Positions 1 through 9,007 of a stretch of 64,000 bases of DNA are shown piece by piece. Both the position numbers and the translations under genes were made by a program. The notes beneath the pieces are model-generated. The model worked only from the letters and a program-made list of their open reading frames with translations. It was not told the DNA's origin and did not search any database. The DNA comes from Planctomycetota bacterium (GTDB taxonomy: Bacteria > Planctomycetota > UBA8108 > SXIK01). The DNA is taken from NCBI GenBank assembly GCA_965223845.1, contig CBDCXR010000004.1, positions 4,896,001 to 4,960,000 of the forward strand, read 5' to 3'. Every line of letters starts with the position of its first letter. Position 1 is the first letter of the stretch.

Positions 1-211
1 GAACTCCACGCGCGGCGAGTCGGTCGATATGAGGCGATCGCACGGTCGGATGGCCGTAGACGCCTAGGTCGCAATTGAGGTCGTCGCAGATGAGGAAAAG
101 GACGTTTGGTTTCGACTGAGTCGGCTCTGCGTTCGATTCCGCTGCGCCGAGGAGCGTCGCCGCGACGATCGCAGTCGTGACTCGCCGGACCGCGGCTGAT
201 GTCATCTCCAT
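1..211 (-). CDS. Sulfatase, N-terminal part (runs off the window)
   Basis: Not in the ORF track. Manual reverse-strand translation gives a signal-like MTSAAVRRVTTAIVAATLLGAA followed by KPNVLFLICDDLNCDLGVYGHPTVRSPHIDRLAARGV, a typical sulfatase N-terminus. ATG at 211 or 205. Confidence 0.88.
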   Translation of the reverse strand, partial: MEMTSAAVRRVTTAIVAATLLGAAESNAEPTQSKPNVLFLICDDLNCDLGVYGHPTVRSPHIDRLAARGV

Positions 212-493
212 CGATCTCTCATGACTCTCATTTCGCCAGTTCATCGAAGACGGTTGCTGCCGGATACGGCGAGAGGCATCGTAGCGCGAGGCGAACAGTC
301 GAAGAAGCCCGATGATCTTGCAAGTCGCGTAAATCGGGATTCCTAAATGAGAACTCGGGCGAACGCGACTCTAAACGCACACCGCGGTTCCGAGCTTGGC
401 TGACCCCGCAAGGTCGGATATTTTGGCCGGACCAACTGCGAGCTTCCCCGAGTCACGGCCGTTCGTCCGCTGCCTTCCCAGGAGATCGTTTCC

Positions 494-1765
494 ATGCGCA
501 TTTTCGCGACGCTCTCGATCGTGCTTTCTCTCTCGTCCAGCGCGCTTGCGGACAACTGGCCTCAGTGGCGCGGGCCGAACAACAACGGCGTCAGCTCGGA
601 GGACGCCCCGAAGGAGTGGGGCAAGGAGAAGAACGTCGCTTGGCGCGTACCGCTTCCGGGCCCCGCGGGTGCGACTCCCGTCGTGTGGGGCAAGAACATC
701 TTCCTCACTGCCGCGGACGACGCGGGCAGGCTTGTTCTTCTCTGCGTCGATACGGACGGCAACAAGCGCTGGACGAAGGTCGTTGGGTCGGGGGACAAGA
801 CCGTTCGCGGCGACGAAGGGAACTACGCGTCGCCCTCCCCCGTAACGGACGGCGAGCACGTCTGGACGTTCATGGCGAACGGCCTCCTCGCTTGCTACGA
901 CAACGACGGCAATCAGAAGTGGGCGGACGACCTGCAAAAGCGCTACGGCAAGTTCGAGATTCAGTTCGGCCTTTCGAGCACTCCCGTTCTCGACGGCGAT
1001 CGACTGTACTTTCAGCTCATCCACGGTAAGTGGAGCAAGACGCCGAGCCGCGGACTCGTCGTCGCGCTCGACAAGAAGACCGGCAAGGAAGTTTGGAAGC
1101 GCGAACGGAATACGGATGCCGTCGACGAGTGCAAGCACTCCTACGCCTCGCCGATCCTCTACCGCGACAAGGAGCGAGCGTTTCTCGTCACGCACGGGGC
1201 GGACTGGGCGATCGGTCACGATCTAAAGGACGGCTCGGAGATCTGGCGCTGCGGCGGACTCAATCCGAAGGACCGCTACAACAACACGCTTCGATTCGTG
1301 GCCTCTCCTGCGGCGGTCCCCGGGCTCATCGTCGTCCCGACCGCGAAGAACCGCGGCGTGGTTGCGATCGATCCCTCCGCGAAGGGGGACATCACCGAAT
1401 CGAAGAAGGCCCGGCCGTGGGCCATGACTCGAAACACGCCCGACGTCCCGTCGCCGCTGATCCACGACGGACTCGTTTACCTCTGTCGCGAGAACGGTGT
1501 CCTCATCTGCCTCGATGCCAAGACCGGCGAGGAATACTACCAGCAGCGGGCGGTGAGCGACCGCTACCGCGCGTCGCCAGTCTACGCGGGAGGAAAGATC
1601 TACCTCACCGCGCGGCGCGGAACGATCTCGGTCATCAAGGCCGGAAAGGAGTTCGAGATCCTCGCGGAGAACACGCTCGGCGAGGACATGTCGGCTTCGC
1701 CCGCGATCTCGAACGGGACACTCTATCTGCGGACGTTCGACGCGCTCTACGCGATCCGCGATTGA
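494..1765 (+). CDS. Secreted PQQ-like (BamB-like) beta-propeller protein, planctomycete type
   Basis: Signal peptide, then ADNWPQWRGP; repeated SP motifs and ALDKKTGKEVW / CLDAKTGEE blades; ends LYLRTFDALYAI. Confidence 0.9.
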   Translation: MRIFATLSIVLSLSSSALADNWPQWRGPNNNGVSSEDAPKEWGKEKNVAWRVPLPGPAGATPVVWGKNIFLTAADDAGRLVLLCVDTDGNKRWTKVVGSGDKTVRGDEGNYASPSPVTDGEHVWTFMANGLLACYDNDGNQKWADDLQKRYGKFEIQFGLSSTPVLDGDRLYFQLIHGKWSKTPSRGLVVALDKKTGKEVWKRERNTDAVDECKHSYASPILYRDKERAFLVTHGADWAIGHDLKDGSEIWRCGGLNPKDRYNNTLRFVASPAAVPGLIVVPTAKNRGVVAIDPSAKGDITESKKARPWAMTRNTPDVPSPLIHDGLVYLCRENGVLICLDAKTGEEYYQQRAVSDRYRASPVYAGGKIYLTARRGTISVIKAGKEFEILAENTLGEDMSASPAISNGTLYLRTFDALYAIRD

Positions 1766-1879
1766 GTCTCGACCGCTTTCGGACGTGCCGCGACGGCTCG
1801 AGCGTGCGTCTCAGAGTCGCGGCCGCGATTCATCGGCGCGCAGTGGACTGAGTCGGGACCTCGCGGCGAAGGAAGTCGA

Positions 1880-2242
1880 ATGGTACGAACCGCGCTCGAC
1901 GTGAATCGCGCGCCGATGGCGCGCCTCGCGGTCGCTTGTCTGATCGGAGGCCTCGTCGCGCCCGCACTCCTCGCGGCGTTCGGCCGCTACGAATCCGCCA
2001 TCGTCGTCGGAGTGTTCGCTCAGACGTTCGCGCTCTGGTTCGGGGTGGCGAGCAGAATGTATCGCGCCGGGCGATTCGCGGCGCTCGGGGGAGCGATTCT
2101 TCTCGTCGCGGGATTCACCGCGCTCTACCTCTACGTGCAGCACGTTCTCGAGTCGAATCCTCCGCCCGAACCGGCACCGGCAGAGTCGGAAGCCGAGCGC
2201 TCTCGGGCCGAACCGCGTGCCGCCCAGTCCTCGGAACAATGA
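1880..2242 (+). CDS. Small membrane protein (about 3 TM), hypothetical
   Basis: Three hydrophobic segments and a Pro/Glu-rich tail; co-oriented with and directly upstream of the cupin gene. Confidence 0.6.
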   Translation: MVRTALDVNRAPMARLAVACLIGGLVAPALLAAFGRYESAIVVGVFAQTFALWFGVASRMYRAGRFAALGGAILLVAGFTALYLYVQHVLESNPPPEPAPAESEAERSRAEPRAAQSSEQ

Positions 2243-2249
2243 TTTGACG

Positions 2250-2573
2250 ATGAGTCGTTTCTCAGACCTCGAAGACGTTGAACGGGCGCGCAAAGAGTCC
2301 GGACAGGGTTACTACGAGTTTCTCCGCGCGTCGTCGCTGAGCGCCGGACTCTGGGTGCTCCCCGCGGGAAGCGTCGACGATCAGACCCCGCACCGCGAGG
2401 ACGAGGTGTACTACGTCCTCGCGGGCCGCGCGCGCATTCGCGTCGGCGAGGAGGATCGCGGCGTCCGGAAAGGATCGTGCATCTTCGTCGAGCGCGGAGT
2501 GGAGCATCACTTCCACTCGATCGAAGAGGACCTTCGGCTACTCGTCTTCTTCGCGCCCGCGTACTCGGGTTAG
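2250..2573 (+). CDS. Cupin-domain protein
   Basis: Cupin motifs PHREDEVYYVLAG and GSCIFVERGVEHHF; ATG at 2250. Confidence 0.88.
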   Translation: MSRFSDLEDVERARKESGQGYYEFLRASSLSAGLWVLPAGSVDDQTPHREDEVYYVLAGRARIRVGEEDRGVRKGSCIFVERGVEHHFHSIEEDLRLLVFFAPAYSG

Positions 2574-2616
2574 CCCTGCCGACCGCGTTTCGAAGCGCCG
2601 AGATTCGACGCCGCCA

Positions 2617-4245
2617 TCAACAGCGCGGCAGCGTCTCGCACCCGAGATCGCCGGGGCTTCCGACCGGTTCCGGGTCGACCCCGCACGGTGTTTCGCCCGG
2701 CGGGCCCGGAGCCGCCGGCGGCGTTCCATCCGAGAAGAGATAGTCGAGGAGGAGAACCGCGTCGGCGAGATTCAGGCTCGCATCGTTGTTCGAGTCCGCG
2801 GCGTTTCGACACGGAAGCGTATCCTGTCCGCCGAAGAGGAACTCGAGCAAGAAGACCGCATCGACGAGGTTCAGCGCGCCGTCCGCGTTCGCGTCTCCGC
2901 GGTGGAAGATCGGACGCTCGAGCTCGCACTCGTCCGGGACTCCGTTCGCGTTCTCGTCGCGGCTCGCCTCTTTCGACGAGACGTTCAGAACGGGTTGGAG
3001 TCCCTCCTCCGTTTGAAAGACGAAGTCCGTGAGACCGTCCCCGTCGAGATCACCGAGCAGAAACGCCTCGTCCGCCGCCTCGAACGTCGTCGACTGCCGT
3101 TCGCGAAAGAACGCGTCTCCTTCATTCTCGTATAGAACCAGCGTCGCATTCTCCGCGGAAGGCATCGCGACGGCGAGATCGGCGTCTCCGTCGCCATCGA
3201 AATCGTGCGCAGCGACGTCCGGGCTGACTCCCTGGACGTCGAGTACCGACGTCACCGAGTACGCTCGCCGTCCGGTGTTTAGGGCGAGGAGGAGCGTTCC
3301 ACTCCGCGAGAGCACCAAGTCGACGTCGCCGTCGCCATCGAGATCGCTCGCGGAAACGCTCCCCGAAGGGACTTCGGGACCCGTATCGTCGAGAATCACT
3401 TCGGATTCGAAGTTGAACCCGTCGAGATTGAACGCAGCCCAGACGCAAGGGCCAGACGGAGAACCGGTGCAATAAAACACGAGGTCCAAAGCACCGTTGC
3501 CGTCCAAATCTCCAACGTCGACATCGGCTCCCCGTAGATTACGGACGACGGACGGCACAGCAGTCCAGAAACCGAACTCGCCGTTGCCACGATTGAAGAG
3601 AACGGCGACGTCCGTCGCCGTGACCAGCACTAAGTCCGCGACGCCGTCGCCGCTCAGATCCGCCGCGCGAAGCGTGCGCGGGGATCCGACTTCGACGCGG
3701 ACGGGTGAGAGCGCGGAAAACTCGCCCCCGTTCTGAAGAACGACGTGCAAGTCGGATCCGGCCGCGCCGCTCAGAGCAAACGCAAAGTCCAGATCGCCAT
3801 CGCCATCGAGGTCGGCTGCGACCGGCCCCGCGGGGACGAGACTCACGTCCGCGTCGAGCTCGACGAGAACGCGCGGCTCGCCGAGCTCACCTTCCGGCCC
3901 TGTGAGCGCGAGCTGGACGTCCGCGGGAATCACGTCGTCGCCGCTGCCCGAGCGCCGCGTGGCGAACAGGAAATCAGCCCGATCGTCGCCGTCGAAGTCA
4001 CCGACTGCCAAGTCCGTGAGATCGGGCAACAGCTGGTGTGAGCTCACTTCGGCAGCGAGGTCCCAGGCGATGTCACACTCGTCGGGCACTTGGTTGTTGT
4101 TGCAGTCCGCACTTGTCCCTTCGGCCAGATCAAGCGAGTCTTCTCGCCCGTTCCGGTTGCAGTCGGCCGCCCCGGCGCCACCGCTGGGCGACGCGACTAC
4201 CGACCCAACGAGAATCAGGGTGATCATCGAACGCCGCTTTACCAT
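2617..4245 (-). CDS. Secreted FG-GAP/VCBS-repeat beta-propeller protein with C-terminal dockerin-like module
   Basis: Signal peptide MVKRRSMITLILVG; about 7 DxDGDGxxD repeats; DCNxNxxxD motifs; C-terminal RGDANADG...CRNAADSNND module. Confidence 0.85.
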   Translation of the reverse strand: MVKRRSMITLILVGSVVASPSGGAGAADCNRNGREDSLDLAEGTSADCNNNQVPDECDIAWDLAAEVSSHQLLPDLTDLAVGDFDGDDRADFLFATRRSGSGDDVIPADVQLALTGPEGELGEPRVLVELDADVSLVPAGPVAADLDGDGDLDFAFALSGAAGSDLHVVLQNGGEFSALSPVRVEVGSPRTLRAADLSGDGVADLVLVTATDVAVLFNRGNGEFGFWTAVPSVVRNLRGADVDVGDLDGNGALDLVFYCTGSPSGPCVWAAFNLDGFNFESEVILDDTGPEVPSGSVSASDLDGDGDVDLVLSRSGTLLLALNTGRRAYSVTSVLDVQGVSPDVAAHDFDGDGDADLAVAMPSAENATLVLYENEGDAFFRERQSTTFEAADEAFLLGDLDGDGLTDFVFQTEEGLQPVLNVSSKEASRDENANGVPDECELERPIFHRGDANADGALNLVDAVFLLEFLFGGQDTLPCRNAADSNNDASLNLADAVLLLDYLFSDGTPPAAPGPPGETPCGVDPEPVGSPGDLGCETLPRC

Positions 4246-4535
4246 GTTCGAACCTCCCATCGATCGCGCGAATCCGTGCCAACCGGATCGCTCCGTTTCG
4301 AATCCCATCCTCTCCCCCCACTGACGATGCAAATCCTTCTCCACTAGCCACTTGGGCGATTCGAGTTGCATCGCACCGGATCCCGAACTAGATCAACCAC
4401 TGAGAGTTGCCCAACCTCCGCGCGCGCCACCTGCCTCGATTGCGACCGCGCCTCCATGTAAGCCGCGTTTGACATCGTTCCGTCTGGGAAACAAAGTCGT
4501 TCCCGGCGACCCACTGCGGAGGAAGCCAATTCACC

Positions 4536-5639
4536 ATGCTCATCGTCGACTCTCACCTCGATCTCGCCTGGAACGCTGTTCAGTGGAACCGCGATCTCCG
4601 GCGGCCCGTCGCCGAAATCCGGGCGTCGGAACAGAGGATCACCGGTCCCGGACGCGGCGGTGGAACGGTGGCGTTCCCAGAGATGCAGCAGGGTCGCATC
4701 GTGCTCTCGTTCGCGACGCTCCTTGCACGCTCGACCGGCACGCCGCATCCGAATCTCGACTACCCGACGCAAGAGGAGGCGGCGGCGGCGGCACGCGCGC
4801 AGCTTCGTTTCTACGAAGAGCTCGAGCTCGAGACCGGGGACTCTCTCATCCGCGATCGCGCCCAACTCGACCGCCTGATCGACGAGTGGCAAGCTTGGGA
4901 GCGCAGCGTCCACGAGAGTCGTCCCTCAGCGTCCCGTCCACCTCCTTTCGGATTCGTCCTCAGCGCCGAAGGACTGGATCCCGTACGCGACCCGGGCGAA
5001 CTATCGGAGTGGCACGAACGCGGACTCCGTCTCGCGGGGCTCACACACTACGGTCCCGGAAGGTACGCGGGCGGAACGGGAACAGAGTCGGGCCTCACCG
5101 ATCTCGGACGCGAAGTCCTGAAGGAAATGAAGCGACTCGGCATCGCCCTCGATCTCACGCACTGCTCCGACGCCGCGTTCTGGGAAGCGCTCGAGCACTA
5201 CGATGGCCCCGTGCTCGCGAGCCATAACAACTGCCGTGCTCTCGTCCCGCGCCAGCGTCAGTTCAGTGACGACCAACTGCGCGCGATCATCGAGCGAGGC
5301 GGAGTGATCGGAGTCGCGTTCGACAACTGGATGCTCGACCCGGACTGGAAAATCGGCGACAGCGATCCGAACTCCGTCAAAATCGCCGACGTCATCGATC
5401 ACATCGATCACATCTGCGAGCTTGCCGGAAGCACGCGTCACGTCGGGATCGGCACGGATCTCGACGGCGGATTCGGCAAGGAGCAGTCGCCGAGCGATCT
5501 CGAATCGATCGCGGATCTGCAGAAGCTTCCCGGCCTCCTCGCGGATCGCGGCTACTCGACGAGCGACATCGAAGCGATTCTCCACCGCAACTGGATCGTG
5601 TACCTGCGCCTCCTTTGGGGAGGAGATGAAACATGCTGA
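4536..5639 (+). CDS. Membrane dipeptidase family protein (peptidase M19)
   Basis: DSHLD, SAEG, DLTH, SHNN and HVGIGTDLDGG motifs. Confidence 0.9.
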   Translation: MLIVDSHLDLAWNAVQWNRDLRRPVAEIRASEQRITGPGRGGGTVAFPEMQQGRIVLSFATLLARSTGTPHPNLDYPTQEEAAAAARAQLRFYEELELETGDSLIRDRAQLDRLIDEWQAWERSVHESRPSASRPPPFGFVLSAEGLDPVRDPGELSEWHERGLRLAGLTHYGPGRYAGGTGTESGLTDLGREVLKEMKRLGIALDLTHCSDAAFWEALEHYDGPVLASHNNCRALVPRQRQFSDDQLRAIIERGGVIGVAFDNWMLDPDWKIGDSDPNSVKIADVIDHIDHICELAGSTRHVGIGTDLDGGFGKEQSPSDLESIADLQKLPGLLADRGYSTSDIEAILHRNWIVYLRLLWGGDETC

Positions 5640-7063
5640 CGACCCGAGCTCTCGTGACCGCGCTCCTCGCCCTCGCGTGGACGGCGGTCGGAGGAGCGAC
5701 CGAAAATCGAGTCCGTGCGGGCGCAGAGGTCGCCGCGAACGACGCGACCGGCGAAACGCCGCCGAGCTGGCGGGTCGGAATCGCGCGGCGCAAGATCACA
5801 CCGCGCGAGTCGATGTGGCTCTCCGGCTACGCGAGTCGCGATCGGCCATCGGAGGGAACGCTCACCGACCTGTGGGCGAAGTGCCTCGTCCTCGAGGATC
5901 CGGCGGGACGGCGCGCCGTGCTCGTCACACTCGACCTCATCGGCATCGATCGCGCGCTCTCGCTCGCGATCCGCAGCCGGATCGCTGCGCGCCACGCGCT
6001 CCGCCTCGGGCAGATCGCTCTCGCGACGTCGCACACGCACACGGGGCCGATCGTCGGCGAGAACCTCACGGCGATGTATTTCCTCGATGAGGAGGGAAAG
6101 AAACGGGTCGCGGACTACGCACGTAGTCTAGCGGAGCACATCGAAGCGGTCGTCGACGAGGCGATCAAGAGCATCGGGACGGCGCGAGTGAAGTGGACCG
6201 TCGGCACGGCGACATTCGCGGTCAACCGGCGCGAGAACCGGCCGGAGTCGCGCGTGCCGGAGTGGCGCGCGGCGGGGACGCTCAAGGGTCCCGTCGACCA
6301 CGACGTCCCGATCCTCGCCGTCGAGCGCGAGGGAAAGATCGCCGCGCTCGCCGTCGGCTACGCTTGCCACTGCACCACGCTCAGCTCGTACGAGTGGTCG
6401 GGTGATTACGCGGGATTCGCGCAACTGGAGCTCGAGACGATGTACCCCGGCTCGACCGCCCTCTTTTGGGCTGGATGCGGCGCCGACATCAATCCGCTCC
6501 CGCGCCGGTCGGTCGAGCTCGCGCGTCGCTACGGACGTGAGCTCGCGGAGGCGACGAAATCCGCGCTCGACGGCTCGGTGCGCAGCATCGCGGGCGATCT
6601 TCGGACACGCTATGCGGAGATCGACCTCGCGTTCGCCGAGATTCCTTCCGCCGAAGTGCTCCGCGCGCGGCTCGACGCCGAGAACCGCTACGAAGCCGCA
6701 CGGGCGCGCTACCTCCTTCGCGAGATCGAGCGGCGCGGGCGCATCGCCCCGTCCTATCCCTATCCGATTCAGACGTGGCGCCTCGGCGACGGGCCGAGCC
6801 TGGTCTTTCTCGGCGGCGAGGTCGTCGTCGACTACGCTCTTCGCCTCAAACGAGAGCTCGGTGGAAACCACCACTGGATCGCGGCGTACACGAACGATGT
6901 GATGGCGTACATCCCGTCGCGCCGCGTGCTCGCCGAGGGTGGTTACGAGGGAGGCGGCGCGATGGTCTACTACGGCCTGCCGTCGCCGTGGGACGAATCG
7001 GTCGAGGAGCGGATCGTCGCCGAAGTGCTCCGCCAGATGAACGCGACCGAGCGCGTTCGCTGA
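5633..7063 (+). CDS. Secreted neutral/alkaline ceramidase-like protein
   Basis: Signal peptide; ITP...LSGY, ATSHTHTGP, VNRR, GYACHCT, GCGADINP and EGGYEG motifs; overlaps the upstream gene by 7 bp. Confidence 0.8.
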   Translation: MLTTRALVTALLALAWTAVGGATENRVRAGAEVAANDATGETPPSWRVGIARRKITPRESMWLSGYASRDRPSEGTLTDLWAKCLVLEDPAGRRAVLVTLDLIGIDRALSLAIRSRIAARHALRLGQIALATSHTHTGPIVGENLTAMYFLDEEGKKRVADYARSLAEHIEAVVDEAIKSIGTARVKWTVGTATFAVNRRENRPESRVPEWRAAGTLKGPVDHDVPILAVEREGKIAALAVGYACHCTTLSSYEWSGDYAGFAQLELETMYPGSTALFWAGCGADINPLPRRSVELARRYGRELAEATKSALDGSVRSIAGDLRTRYAEIDLAFAEIPSAEVLRARLDAENRYEAARARYLLREIERRGRIAPSYPYPIQTWRLGDGPSLVFLGGEVVVDYALRLKRELGGNHHWIAAYTNDVMAYIPSRRVLAEGGYEGGGAMVYYGLPSPWDESVEERIVAEVLRQMNATERVR

Positions 7064-7201
7064 CGCCGCGAGAGCCGGTGCACTCGAACGCGGGCGGCTG
7101 CGGCGTTCGGTCGCAGGCGCGCGGGGTTGTGACGCCGGCACTTACGATCGCGGCGAGGCGACGTTATCGGAATTCAGGGCGAGACGACACGCCCCGCGAA
7201 A

Positions 7202-7231
7202 TTGCGCCCGCCTCCGTTCTCGGAATATAAT
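7202..7231 (+). promoter_or_regulatory. Sigma70-type promoter of the oad operon
   Basis: TTGCGC (7202-7207), 18-bp spacer, perfect TATAAT (7226-7231); conspicuous in GC-rich DNA. Confidence 0.6.
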
Positions 7232-7491
7232 GCGCGGCCCGTTTCGCTCGGGATCGACGCTCGGCGCCGCCTCCGCGCGCCGTCGGTCGACCCGGCGAGC
7301 CCTCGACCTCTGATCCCATCCCGGCCGCCTCGCTCCCGTGTTCGCGCACCTCCAGCGCGATCGCTTGCGGAAGCCGAACGCGCGCTGACACTCGAGAGCG
7401 CCACGCCCGGACCCACCGCGGGACCGGGACGCGGAAAACCGAAAGAACGCGCGCGACGCCGAGCGCGACAAGGAAGCGAACGAACACCGCT

Positions 7492-7791
7492 GTGCCCGAC
7501 CTCGAGCCTGCCCTTCAGAACATCGCCGACGCCGAGGGAATCCCGATCGCGCTGACGGGACTCTTCATCGTGTTCGTCGCTCTCGTTCTCATCAGCGCTT
7601 TCCTCACGGTGCTCCCGCGCATCCTCGAGAAAGTGGCGACCGTCTTTCCGGAGGCGAACGACGTTCGCACCGCGGCGCCCGCCACCGCAGCCGCCGCGCC
7701 GAAACCCAGCTCCGACTCGACCGAGCCCGAGCTCGTCGCCGCGCTCGCGGTGCTCCTTCATCAACGTGGAAACTCGCATCCGAAGAGCTGA
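7492..7791 (+). CDS. oadG: Na+-translocating decarboxylase gamma subunit (OadG family)
   Basis: Single TM (IALTGLFIVFVALVLI), Ala/Pro linker, ELVAALAVLLH tail; directly upstream of the beta subunit. Confidence 0.8.
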   Translation: MPDLEPALQNIADAEGIPIALTGLFIVFVALVLISAFLTVLPRILEKVATVFPEANDVRTAAPATAAAAPKPSSDSTEPELVAALAVLLHQRGNSHPKS

Positions 7792-7824
7792 GCCCGCGCA
7801 CGACAAGCGCGACGCGATCGAGAC

Positions 7825-8955
7825 ATGGACATCCTCTTCGAGTTCCTGAAGACGACCGGCTTCGCGTCGATGACGTGGGGAAACGCGATCATGATCACGA
7901 TCGGGATCGTGTTCATCGCGCTCGCCATCATCAAGGATTACGAGCCGCTCCTTCTTCTTCCGATCGGCTTCGGCGCCGTCGTCGGCAACATTCCGACGAT
8001 CGCCGGGATGAATTTGAGCGTCTACGACGAAGGTAGTGTTCTCGCTTACCTCTACTTCGGGGTGAGCCAAGGGATCTTTCCGCCGCTCATCTTCCTCGGC
8101 ATCGGCGCGATGACCGATTTCTCGACGATGCTCTCGAATCCGAAGCTCGTCCTGCTCGGCGCCGCGGCGCAGATCGGCGTCTTCGCGACGTTCCTCGGCG
8201 CGCTTTACCTCGGTTTCGATGCGAATCAGTCCGGCGCGATCGGCATCATCGGCGGCGCCGACGGGCCCACGGCGATCTTCCTTGCGGCAAAGCTAGCTCC
8301 ACAGCTTCTCGGTGCGATCGCGATTGCGGCCTATTCCTACATGGCTCTCGTCCCCGTGATTCAGCCGCCGATCATGAAGCTGCTCACGAGCCGCGAAGAG
8401 CGACTCATCCGCATGAAGGCGCCGCGGCACGTCTCGAAGCGAGAGCGGATCATCTTTCCGATCGTCGCGTTCCTCATCTGCGCGCTGATCGCACCGGGTT
8501 CCCTCGTTCTCATCGGGATGCTGTTCTTCGGAAACCTGCTCAAGGAGAGCTGCGTCACCGAGCGGCTCGCCAACACCGCCCGCCACGCGATGATCGACAT
8601 CGTCACGATCCTCCTCGGCTTCTGCGTCGGAGCGAGCACTCAGGCGCAGACGTTCCTCACCGAGCAGTCGCTCCTCATTTTCGGTCTCGGCGCTCTGTCC
8701 TTCGGCGTCGCGACCGCGGGCGGCGTTCTCTTCGCGAAGTTCATGAATCTCTTCCTCGACGAGAAGATCAATCCGCTCGTCGGAGCGGCCGGCGTCTCGG
8801 CGGTGCCGGATTCCGCCCGAGTCGTTCAGATGGTCGGGCAGAAGGAAGATCCGCAGAACTTTCTCCTCATGCACGCGATGGCTCCGAACGTCGCCGGCGT
8901 GATCGGCTCGGCGGTCGCGGCCGGAATCCTGTGGAGCGTGCTGGTCACGAATTGA
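7825..8955 (+). CDS. oadB: Na+-translocating decarboxylase beta subunit
   Basis: EPLLLLPIGFG, GIIGGADGPTAIF, IAAYSYMALVP, GVSAVPDSARV and HAMAPNVAGVIGS signatures. Confidence 0.95.
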   Translation: MDILFEFLKTTGFASMTWGNAIMITIGIVFIALAIIKDYEPLLLLPIGFGAVVGNIPTIAGMNLSVYDEGSVLAYLYFGVSQGIFPPLIFLGIGAMTDFSTMLSNPKLVLLGAAAQIGVFATFLGALYLGFDANQSGAIGIIGGADGPTAIFLAAKLAPQLLGAIAIAAYSYMALVPVIQPPIMKLLTSREERLIRMKAPRHVSKRERIIFPIVAFLICALIAPGSLVLIGMLFFGNLLKESCVTERLANTARHAMIDIVTILLGFCVGASTQAQTFLTEQSLLIFGLGALSFGVATAGGVLFAKFMNLFLDEKINPLVGAAGVSAVPDSARVVQMVGQKEDPQNFLLMHAMAPNVAGVIGSAVAAGILWSVLVTN

Positions 8956-9007
8956 TGCGAACGGACGGCGCCGTCGAACGACGCCGGGCAGCGAAGAGGC
9001 ACCCAGA

